A stretch of DNA of 64,000 nucleotides from a virus, in IMG/VR virus record IMGVR_UViG_3300031772_000002, positions 32,001-96,000 of that record; one strand, given 5' to 3'. Position numbers and translations under genes: made by a program. Every line of letters starts with the position of its first letter. The first letter of the stretch is position 1. The notes beneath the pieces are model-generated. The model ran no database searches. It saw nothing but the letters and a program-made list of their open reading frames with translations, and was not told where the DNA came from. Shown here in pieces: positions 46,775 through 55,406 of this stretch.

Positions 46775-49528
46775 ATGGCTAGTAAAAAAGGTTATAATTA
46801 TCAATTTAGATTATACATGGAAGGTGTTCATATTCCTTTTCATGGAGCAGTTATTTCATGCACTCCAAATGGGGTAGAAGCTAATATTAATTTGTGGGCA
46901 AATAAAGAATTGTTAGATCTTAAGCCCAAAACAGCAGTTCAAATTATTTATCGTGAATGGCACAAAAAACCTTCAGAAGCAAAGTGGCTTATAGCTTTTG
47001 ATGGATTTTTATCAAGTTTTTATAAAGTAGATCAGGCGGGTGAAGGTAATAATATATCATTAGTATGTCGTGATTTCAGAATGGATATACGTAGAGCTCC
47101 TGCAGCAATAGCATGGGAAGCTGACGATCCACTTACCCCTAAAACTTTTTATAATGAGATGGGATTGTTTCAAACATTTGTTATTAAGGGGGTTACAAAA
47201 TCAGGACAACCAGGAACGGATATACGTATTTATGATAGTGGAGATCTGGCGCCATTAAGTTACACTCTTAGTTTAATTGCAGGAAGCGCTTTTGGAGGAT
47301 CGTATGCAACTAAACATAATACCCATGTAAAAGGAGAATCGACATATCAAAAACAATTTACCGATGTTACCCCAACAATTCAACAACCGGCAACTAAAAC
47401 GGAAACTAAAAAAGATACTTCTGATGGTGTTGCTAATTGTGGATTTTTTTTAGATGCTATTGTTCGTGGATTATGGGTTGAAGCTGTCGGAGGAACATCT
47501 GTTGGTTCGTTTTTAAATAAACGAATCCGTCTTGATAAAAGATTTTTAATACCTGTCAATGTATCTGGTTATAACTTCTGGAAACGTCAATCTGCGGCAG
47601 TTAATATAGGATCCCATCTAATGGGCAATGCAAGATTTACAAGTCTTGAAGCGGCTATAATGAATCTTGCAGGCGTATTTTCAACGCGGGTTTATTCGTG
47701 CAATACGCCTTCATTAATTTCAATTGATAATGATAGTCCTGCTGTTGATTATATAATGGATAGAAGAGTAAGAAATTTTATTTTAGGTAAAGGATCAAAA
47801 GAGTTTGGTGGTAAATATATTCTTAATGAATCTATGTTATTGCCTCCTCTTGAATTTACCGCTCCTCCTAACTGTAATTTTATATTTCCTCCAATGTGTA
47901 ATCGTGTTGAATGGCAATATGATACTGATGTTGATATTACACGAGGGGTATATGAACAGATTAGTTTATTATCAACTCCTGGAAGTGACGGTCTTGCTGC
48001 GGCTAGAATTCAAGTTCCTAATGCTTTATTTAATATTATGAATAAAAATCCTAAAGATGAATTTAAAAGAAGAAAACCTCCTCTTACATTAGAAGAAAGG
48101 TATAAAGGTATTAATGTAGAATTTGGAAGTGTTTCAGTAGAGCTTGCATGTAATGATGCTTCTTCTATAATTCAAAAAAGATATGTAAGTGATAAGGATG
48201 GAAAAAAAATTGATTTAAAAATAGATGAATTGAAAAAATTAAAAGATAAAGTGGAAAGTGGAACATGGATTCCTAAAGATAAATCAGCAGTTGATTATAG
48301 TAAAGAAATAGAACAAAAACAAAAAGAAAAAAAAGAAATTAAATTATTAAAAAGTAAAGGTTTTGAGCCTTTAATGACCAATGCTCTTAAACATCATGCC
48401 GTATTAAAATTTCTTAATTCTAAATATGCAGGTAGAGTTGTTGTTGTTGATATGGCTTTTAATCCTTTTATTATGAGTGGGTTTCCTGGAGTTATTGTGT
48501 CGGATAATAATGAGTATGGAAAAAATTCATCAAAAACTATTCTTGGTATGGTACAAGTAGTTCGGCATACCATATCTATATCGAGCGCGGGAGGAGACGC
48601 TAATACGTCGGTAACAATGAATAACGCTCGTTTTGAAGACGAGCCTACAGATGTCGATTTATATGGATACCCATTGTATATTAAAGAAACAAATCCTGAA
48701 GACGCTATGATTGACATTAAAACATTCAAACACATAAATAGTAAAGGAGAATATGTAAAGCATTATGTTACAGAACCTAAAACCCCTGTGGAAGATGTAA
48801 AGTTTGAAACTAAAGATATTCCTAAAAGTAAAGCTTATGATCTTATTGATAAGTCAATTAATTCTGAAGGTTATAAGTATGCTAAAGACTTACTAAGCCT
48901 TACGTTACAAGATTATTTAAGTGGAAAAGTAAATCAAATTTATATAGATGAAACATATGAACCTACTCGTATATGTAAATTTTATCAGGATGTATTTCAA
49001 CACACTGAATTGCATTTTATGATAGGGCGTACTACTATTAAAGATGACTCTGGAAAAGATAAGGAAATTTACTTTACTTATGATTCTATTCATGAAGGAT
49101 TGGAAAAATTACGAATAAACAGACCTGATTTACTTTCAGACTATTCTGCATGCATGAGTTTTACCGAAAGAAATATTTGTTCAGCAGATGCATTTTTTCA
49201 AGGAATTATCGGCCTTTCAATAGAATCTTCAAAAGATTACAAAGGTAATATTTTTAAAGATGCTAATGATAATATTATAACTAAATATTTTTGTAATCAA
49301 TCTGATTTTATTCATCAGGATGTATACGAAAGATATTATGGAGTGTCAACTGATGATTATAATAATAAGAATTTTAATTTAAAAAAAGAAAATGGAGGAG
49401 ATATGACTGGTCCAGGCCAATTTAGCAGTATTCGTGAAAATTCTCCTGTTACTGCTTATATTAAAGAAAGAAGAGACGCTGTTGAAATATATCTTACTGA
49501 AGTATTAAAACGAGTGAGTTCAATATGA
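46775..49528 (+). CDS. Large baseplate hub protein (gp27/gp44-like)
   Basis: RLYMEGV..FDG..L.CRD N-terminus; FNP..GFP..G.V..V.H late motif. Confidence 0.6.
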   Translation: MASKKGYNYQFRLYMEGVHIPFHGAVISCTPNGVEANINLWANKELLDLKPKTAVQIIYREWHKKPSEAKWLIAFDGFLSSFYKVDQAGEGNNISLVCRDFRMDIRRAPAAIAWEADDPLTPKTFYNEMGLFQTFVIKGVTKSGQPGTDIRIYDSGDLAPLSYTLSLIAGSAFGGSYATKHNTHVKGESTYQKQFTDVTPTIQQPATKTETKKDTSDGVANCGFFLDAIVRGLWVEAVGGTSVGSFLNKRIRLDKRFLIPVNVSGYNFWKRQSAAVNIGSHLMGNARFTSLEAAIMNLAGVFSTRVYSCNTPSLISIDNDSPAVDYIMDRRVRNFILGKGSKEFGGKYILNESMLLPPLEFTAPPNCNFIFPPMCNRVEWQYDTDVDITRGVYEQISLLSTPGSDGLAAARIQVPNALFNIMNKNPKDEFKRRKPPLTLEERYKGINVEFGSVSVELACNDASSIIQKRYVSDKDGKKIDLKIDELKKLKDKVESGTWIPKDKSAVDYSKEIEQKQKEKKEIKLLKSKGFEPLMTNALKHHAVLKFLNSKYAGRVVVVDMAFNPFIMSGFPGVIVSDNNEYGKNSSKTILGMVQVVRHTISISSAGGDANTSVTMNNARFEDEPTDVDLYGYPLYIKETNPEDAMIDIKTFKHINSKGEYVKHYVTEPKTPVEDVKFETKDIPKSKAYDLIDKSINSEGYKYAKDLLSLTLQDYLSGKVNQIYIDETYEPTRICKFYQDVFQHTELHFMIGRTTIKDDSGKDKEIYFTYDSIHEGLEKLRINRPDLLSDYSACMSFTERNICSADAFFQGIIGLSIESSKDYKGNIFKDANDNIITKYFCNQSDFIHQDVYERYYGVSTDDYNNKNFNLKKENGGDMTGPGQFSSIRENSPVTAYIKERRDAVEIYLTEVLKRVSSI

Positions 49529-50247
49529 AAACAAACACTACTATTGATAAAATTTATTTTAATTCTTTTTATGATGAACTTCAAAATATTGAAAAGAATG
49601 CTGGATTTGCAAAAGCATTAGGCACTGGGGCATTAATATGGGGAGGTATAGTAGGACCAGTGGCAACTCCTCAAATTATTGCTATGAAACAAAATGCACC
49701 AATTGTACGTAGTTTTGTAAATACAATGCAATCTGGTACTGTAAATGCTAGAAATATTATTAATAAATATGATCCTGGAACTATTCCATTAACATCTAAA
49801 AGCCAACTTGATACTGCTCAAATTGATAAGGCATCGAAAGCTATTGCAGGTTCTCAAATTAATAAATCAAATAAATTTACTAATACATTTTTTGTACCAG
49901 GAATAAAAGGAAACAGATATATTGTTTCACCAGAATTAACAGACTCAGCTATTATTGGTCACGAATTAGGTCATAGCAAGCATTATCAACAACTTTCTAA
50001 AAATAAAGATTTAAAAACAGGTTTAAAATTATTTAAAAAATATCCTACAGTTAATAGAGAAATAATGGCTAATCAAATGGCTCCAATTAAATCAAGTAAT
50101 TATAATAAGATAATGAATCCAGCATTTAAAACATATAAAAATATTAATACTGCAAACAAATTTACAAAAGGTATAGCTGGATCAGAATTTAGTTTAGGTT
50201 TAATTGCTTTAGGAAAAATGTTAATTAAGCGTAGAAAATTTAAATAA
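49525..50247 (+). CDS. Putative zinc metalloprotease with FYDEL..EKNA leader
   Basis: IIGHELGH..E..AN; hydrophobic helices at both ends. Confidence 0.55.
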   Translation: MKTNTTIDKIYFNSFYDELQNIEKNAGFAKALGTGALIWGGIVGPVATPQIIAMKQNAPIVRSFVNTMQSGTVNARNIINKYDPGTIPLTSKSQLDTAQIDKASKAIAGSQINKSNKFTNTFFVPGIKGNRYIVSPELTDSAIIGHELGHSKHYQQLSKNKDLKTGLKLFKKYPTVNREIMANQMAPIKSSNYNKIMNPAFKTYKNINTANKFTKGIAGSEFSLGLIALGKMLIKRRKFK

Positions 50248-50249
50248 AT

Positions 50250-50942
50250 ATGACTATTGAACAAGATCAAATAATGGAATGGCAAAAAACTAAAGATCCA
50301 AAGATCTTTACTGAATTAATTATTAAATACAGACCGGTTGTTAATAAAGTTGTAAATCAATACAGAACAGTTGGTGTATCTTCTGAAACATTAAGAACCG
50401 AAGCCACTGCGCAACTTATTAAATCATTTAAAACATATAAACCATCATATGAAACGCAACCAATAACACATATATGGAATAATTTAAAAAAAGTTCAAAG
50501 AGTTGCTTCTGTTAGTTTAATGTCAGGGCATATACCTGAAAATAGAGCGTTAAAAAAATCAACGTTTACTATTGTTAAAGATAATTTAATTGATAAACTT
50601 GGATACGAACCAAGTACTATAGAAATGGCTGACGAACTTGGATGGAGTAAAAAAGAAGTTGCTCGAATGACAAGTGAACTTGGAGGAGAGGCTTCTTATT
50701 CAAAAATGAAATATGATTACTATGGGTCTGTGGTAAATCCTGAAAATCCAGACAAAGCCCTTGCCGATTATTTATATCAAGAACTTACCGGTAAAGATAG
50801 AGTTATATTTGAACATACATTTGGATATGCCGGAAAACCTATATTAAATAATAAAGAAATTGCTGATAAATTAAATGTAAATGAAATGTGGATTCATCGT
50901 GCAAAAACAAGATTGGCAGAAAAAATAAAATCATATCGTTGA
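50250..50942 (+). CDS. Phage sigma70-family (group 3-like) sigma factor
   Basis: Region 2-like helix; LGYEPS..EMADELGWS..EV region 3; region 4 NKEIADKLNV. Confidence 0.75.
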   Translation: MTIEQDQIMEWQKTKDPKIFTELIIKYRPVVNKVVNQYRTVGVSSETLRTEATAQLIKSFKTYKPSYETQPITHIWNNLKKVQRVASVSLMSGHIPENRALKKSTFTIVKDNLIDKLGYEPSTIEMADELGWSKKEVARMTSELGGEASYSKMKYDYYGSVVNPENPDKALADYLYQELTGKDRVIFEHTFGYAGKPILNNKEIADKLNVNEMWIHRAKTRLAEKIKSYR

Positions 50943-50953
50943 AAGAATAAAAT

Positions 50954-51163
50954 ATGTTACAAGAAATTTATAATACTTCATTTATTAATGAACTTGAAAA
51001 AATTGCTGTATCACATGACATGAAGAGAATTATTTTACAAAGAAAATTAAATAGATATGTTGATGAACAGAAAAAAAATGTAAATGAACGTTTCTATAAA
51101 AAAGCAATTAGAAGATTTGTTATAAAAAGAATATTATCAGCATTGTCAAAAGTTAATTATTAG
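50954..51163 (+). CDS. Small basic protein with FINELEKIA leader
   Basis: MLQEIYNTSFINELEKIA. Confidence 0.6.
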   Translation: MLQEIYNTSFINELEKIAVSHDMKRIILQRKLNRYVDEQKKNVNERFYKKAIRRFVIKRILSALSKVNY

Positions 51164-51174
51164 GATAATTTATA

Positions 51175-52719
51175 ATGGCTAAAGAATTTGCATTAGGTCT
51201 TCCGTCAAAAACACGTTTTGATCCAATCGATCAGAAAGGTAAAACTCGTCTTGTTATTCAAGAACATGATGCAACTACCAAACATTACGATATGAGATTA
51301 AAAGATAAAGGGGTGGCTCATAGTTGGGTTATACGTTATCTTCCTGGAGAAAAGCAGAAAATTCTTGCAATACAACAACCAACACATTTGTCAAGATATA
51401 TGAATTTTGAAGGAACAATTCCTGAAGGATATGGAGCCGGAACTGTTAAAAAAATATACGATCAAAAAGTTAAAGTTCTTTCTGCTACAGATGATAAAAT
51501 TAAAATGACATTGCCTGAAGGCAATTTTACCATGATACGACCAAAAGGATTTAGTGGAAAACAATGGTTAATGATTAAAAATTCTAGTATAAAAAATCCT
51601 ATTACATCAAAACCTAAATATAAAGTTATTGCTGAACCTATTGATTATTCTGATGAAAATAAAATACTTCAGCCAAAGGTAGATGGGGCGCATAGTATTT
51701 TTGAATTAAAATCTAACGATGTAAATAATATTTACTCATATCGAATAAGTAAAAAAACTGGAAAGCCTATAGATCATACCGATCAACTTCCTCATTTAAG
51801 AGATTTAAAAATTCCTAAATCACTTGATGGAACTATATTGAGAGGTGATCTATACGGGAAAACAACAATCGGTCCATTGCCTGCCGAACAAATAAGTGGA
51901 ATTCTTAATTCAAGTGTTAATAAAAGTATTGAAAGGCAAAAACAACTCACTCGTCTTAAACCTTATATTTTTGATATTGTTAAATTTAAAGGCAAAGATG
52001 TTTCAAAAGAAGATTATTCAAATAAACTTAAAATGATGAAAGAAGTAGAATCTAAAATACCTGAAATGCGAGTTGCTGAAACTGCAACAACTCCACATGA
52101 AAAAAGAAGACTTTTTAATATGATAAAAACTCAAAGACATCCTGACACATCTGAAGGTGTAGTTGAATGGGATTTAAACGCTCCAGGAGGCTCACCAATG
52201 AAACAAAAATTCAGAGATACCCATGATGTCTATATTAAAAGTATATACCCTGCAATAGAACAGAAAAGCGGTAAAGAGAAAAAAGAAGCTGGTGGATTTG
52301 AATATAGTTTAACTCCTCGCGGTGAAATAGTTGGAAGTGTAGGAACAGGATTTACTCAAAAAAAAAGAAAAGATATGCTTGCACATCCTGAAAGTTATAT
52401 TGGAATGGTAGCACGAGTTAAATCTCCACATCAATATGAATCTGGTGCATTAAGAGCTCCGGCATTTTATACTATGGATATAGAAAAAAATTTAAATAAA
52501 GTTGCTAATATTAATAAAGGAGTTTTCATGAACAATTTATTTAATGAAAGTTTAGTTAAAGAATTTCAAAAAATAGCTATGTCTTCAAGATTCTATCAAG
52601 GCGTTTTAAAAAAAGTTAAATGGAATGATCCAAGAAGATCAACATTTGTTGGTGGATTATATAAATCTTTAGTTAAAGAAACTGGCGGATTGCCTAAAAA
52701 AGTTATTTTAAATAAATAA
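51175..52719 (+). CDS. LigD 3'-phosphoesterase domain fused to ATP-dependent DNA ligase
   Basis: QEH.A..HYD.RL..SW..H..Y..FEG.IPEGYGAG.V; KVDG adenylation motif, FDI, EGVV, K.K, OB-fold VGTGF..LRAP. Confidence 0.85.
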   Translation: MAKEFALGLPSKTRFDPIDQKGKTRLVIQEHDATTKHYDMRLKDKGVAHSWVIRYLPGEKQKILAIQQPTHLSRYMNFEGTIPEGYGAGTVKKIYDQKVKVLSATDDKIKMTLPEGNFTMIRPKGFSGKQWLMIKNSSIKNPITSKPKYKVIAEPIDYSDENKILQPKVDGAHSIFELKSNDVNNIYSYRISKKTGKPIDHTDQLPHLRDLKIPKSLDGTILRGDLYGKTTIGPLPAEQISGILNSSVNKSIERQKQLTRLKPYIFDIVKFKGKDVSKEDYSNKLKMMKEVESKIPEMRVAETATTPHEKRRLFNMIKTQRHPDTSEGVVEWDLNAPGGSPMKQKFRDTHDVYIKSIYPAIEQKSGKEKKEAGGFEYSLTPRGEIVGSVGTGFTQKKRKDMLAHPESYIGMVARVKSPHQYESGALRAPAFYTMDIEKNLNKVANINKGVFMNNLFNESLVKEFQKIAMSSRFYQGVLKKVKWNDPRRSTFVGGLYKSLVKETGGLPKKVILNK

Positions 52720-52771
52720 TTTATCATATTATTAATTATATTTAATTAATAAACATTAGGAAGGAGGTTGT

Positions 52772-53269
52772 ATGATGAAGATTGGCCAGGCATTAAAATT
52801 AGCAATGAGTAATACACAATATCTTGAAAAAATAGCTATGATTATGATTCCATTGACACAAGGACAGATTCGGGCTCCCTGGTTTAAAATAGATGATGAA
52901 ACCAGACAGAAGCTTGTAGATAGGGCAAAACCAATGCCGGTTAGACACAGTTTGATTGGTGGGGCTGTTGGTGTGGCTACCGGAGCTACGATTGGATCTC
53001 GGCTTGGTTGGCGTGGAGCCTTAATTGGTGGTACTAGTCTTGGATTGTTAGGCGGGGCTTTAGGATATGCAGGCGGCAAGCATCAGCAGGGTTTTGCATC
53101 AAAGTCGAAATATTATTCTCCATATCAAAGAACGCCCATAGGCGTTGGATTTGCGTCAAGCAAAGAATCTGTAAACAGGGCCGCTGCCAAATTGATTGAA
53201 AATATCAAAAGAAACGATTTAAAAGGATTTTCAGGAATTAGTTTTTCCAAGCAGATTAGCGACGAATAA
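52772..53269 (+). CDS. Glycine-zipper membrane protein with YLEKIA motif
   Basis: GGAGG RBS; GxxxG repeats. Confidence 0.65.
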   Translation: MMKIGQALKLAMSNTQYLEKIAMIMIPLTQGQIRAPWFKIDDETRQKLVDRAKPMPVRHSLIGGAVGVATGATIGSRLGWRGALIGGTSLGLLGGALGYAGGKHQQGFASKSKYYSPYQRTPIGVGFASSKESVNRAAAKLIENIKRNDLKGFSGISFSKQISDE

Positions 53270-53332
53270 TTTTTAGTGATTAATTATATTATTAATTATA
53301 TTTAATTAATAAACATTAGAAAGGATCTTATT

Positions 53333-53568
53333 ATGTTTCAAAAAATTTATAAAGATTCATTTAAAAATGAACTTGAAAAAATTGCTTTATCAACAGAAGG
53401 GGTTGAGGATAACCTTAGTACTGTATTAACCCCAGAACAACTAAATCAAACTGAAAAATTGGGGGTTAATACAGTACTGCTGCTGAAAAAAATCCATTTG
53501 GACCTTGTACGGCGGCATCCCTTGGATCTACAGCTTTATTAGCAGCTTCTATATTAGGTAGAAAATAA
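53333..53568 (+). pseudogene. Internally deleted, frameshifted duplicate of the 53603 gene
   Basis: Matches 5' and 3' ends of 53603-54016; 17-bp inverted repeat at the junction. Confidence 0.7.
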
Positions 53569-53602
53569 AATTTAAATAATAAACATTAGAAAGGATATCA
53601 TT

Positions 53603-54016
53603 ATGTTTCAAAAAATTTATGAAGATGCATTTAAAGATGAACTTGAAAAAATTGCTTTATCAACAGAAGGAGTTGAAGATAGACTTGGTGCTATATTAAC
53701 TCCAGAACAATTAATTCAAGCTGAAGAATTGATTGCAAGGGCTAAAGAAAAAAGTTTTATTTTAAGACATCCATGGCTTACTGGATTTGGAACTTTAGGC
53801 ATTGCTCCTGCAATTGCTAATGAAAACGCATATAATAAAATTAGTAGAACAATGATTAGAACAAATCCCGATATCAAAGAAATACAAAAAAACATAGTAG
53901 CCAAAGAGCATGAATTAGATCTTGCTGCTGAAAAAAATCCATTTGGACCTCGCACTGCGGCATCCCTTGGATCTACAGCTTTATTAGCAGCTTCTATTCT
54001 AGGCAATAGAAGATAA
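53603..54016 (+). CDS. ELEKIA-leader protein with hydrophobic segments
   Basis: MFQKIYEDAFKDELEKIA. Confidence 0.7.
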   Translation: MFQKIYEDAFKDELEKIALSTEGVEDRLGAILTPEQLIQAEELIARAKEKSFILRHPWLTGFGTLGIAPAIANENAYNKISRTMIRTNPDIKEIQKNIVAKEHELDLAAEKNPFGPRTAASLGSTALLAASILGNRR

Positions 54017-54046
54017 AATTTAAATAAGGTAAGCAATAGGTATGTT

Positions 54047-54934
54047 ATGAATAAAAAAGCTTATAATATTGATCTTAAAGTAGGAGATGTGGTTCTTGGA
54101 GGTAAATTTAAGAATCAACGAATGATTGTTGAAAAATTTGGAACTAACGATATAGGACAGCCAACAATAAATGATAAAAGTTTGTTGGCTGTTCGTATTG
54201 AAAAAACTTTACCTAATAGTAAAAAAAGTTCTGAAACTTTAGCACAAGAATTAAATAATATAGCAGGAAATGAATCTGAAGTAAATAAAACTGCTTTTAT
54301 GAAATTTCCTAACTTTAAAAAATCTTTTCAAACTTTATATGGTTTAGGTCCTGAAGGATTTTCACGAAAAGCAATTGAATATGGAAAAACATTAGGAGAT
54401 ACACTAAATCAAAAAATTATTAAAAAAATAAAACCTGAAGCACATGCAAATTTAATAGAAGCTTTAAAAGGAATGAAAAATCCTGAGCTTGTTAAAATGT
54501 ATAAAGAGAATAAAATTTCACCTGATTTATTACGTAACTATTTAAATAAAAAAAGCATTGAATCTTCTGTATCAACATTTAAAGAATCAATTCCTGCATT
54601 GGCTATATCATTACCTGTTGGAGTTGGATCAATTTATGGTGGGAAAAAATTATTGGATAAATATCGTAAACAAAATCCTAAAATGGAAAAAATTTCATCA
54701 AATATTTTGTTTAAACCAAGTTTATGGAATGAATCTATTAAAAAAATACTTAAATCTACAGCAACAAATACTACATTAAATACTGAATCAACTTTAGATT
54801 TAGATAAATACTATAATAAAAATAAAAAACAAAATTTTAAAATTACAAAAACTTCGTCATTAAATTTAAATAATATTTATCGTAATTCATTATATGATGA
54901 ATTGACAAAAATGTCAAAATTAGGTAGAAAATAA
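54047..54934 (+). CDS. Multi-module protein punctuated by K-x-A/S motifs
   Basis: NKKA, NKTA, EKIS, TKTS, LYDELTKMS; GD.VLGGKFKN..GQPTIN module. Confidence 0.65.
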   Translation: MNKKAYNIDLKVGDVVLGGKFKNQRMIVEKFGTNDIGQPTINDKSLLAVRIEKTLPNSKKSSETLAQELNNIAGNESEVNKTAFMKFPNFKKSFQTLYGLGPEGFSRKAIEYGKTLGDTLNQKIIKKIKPEAHANLIEALKGMKNPELVKMYKENKISPDLLRNYLNKKSIESSVSTFKESIPALAISLPVGVGSIYGGKKLLDKYRKQNPKMEKISSNILFKPSLWNESIKKILKSTATNTTLNTESTLDLDKYYNKNKKQNFKITKTSSLNLNNIYRNSLYDELTKMSKLGRK

Positions 54935-54956
54935 AATTTAAAGAAAGGATGTTATT

Positions 54957-55372
54957 ATGTTTCAAAAAATTTATAAAGATGCATTTAAAGATGAGCTTGA
55001 AAAAATTGCTTTGTCAACTATTGGAGATATTAGTAGATCAATATTTGGTTATCATAATCTTAATGAAATATCTAAAAAAATTAATATTCCTAAAAAAATG
55101 TAGAATCTTATTATCATGGTTTACGCACTCCTAATAAATTATTATATTCCAATGAAGATGTAGAAAAAGATATTAAAGATATATGGCAAAAAAAAGAAAA
55201 ATATGATAAAATACGCAATGAGTCAGGATTATTTAATACTCAGCCTGGAAGCGATGAAGAATATAAAGTTATGAAAATGTATGGAAAGCAAATGGATAAT
55301 GATTTATCAGATTATGAGAATACTAAACAAAATTTATTAAAAAAATATGTAAATATTAAAAGTAAAAAGTAA
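54957..55372 (+). pseudogene. ELEKIA-leader gene interrupted by a frameshift in an A7 run
   Basis: MFQKIYKDAFKDELEKIALST..PKKM* at 55103; -1 frame open 55097-55372. Confidence 0.65.
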
Positions 55373-55406
55373 AAAATAAAAAATAAAAATTATTATTGGA
55401 TATCAA

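Noticed and set aside
53333-54016. Diversity-generating retroelement TR/VR pair (also 30348/31544)
   Set aside because: Mismatches are not adenine-specific, and no reverse transcriptase is in the window.
54949-55134. 61-aa ORF from the track
   Set aside because: Wrong frame; the RBS-linked ELEKIA leader starts at ATG 54957.
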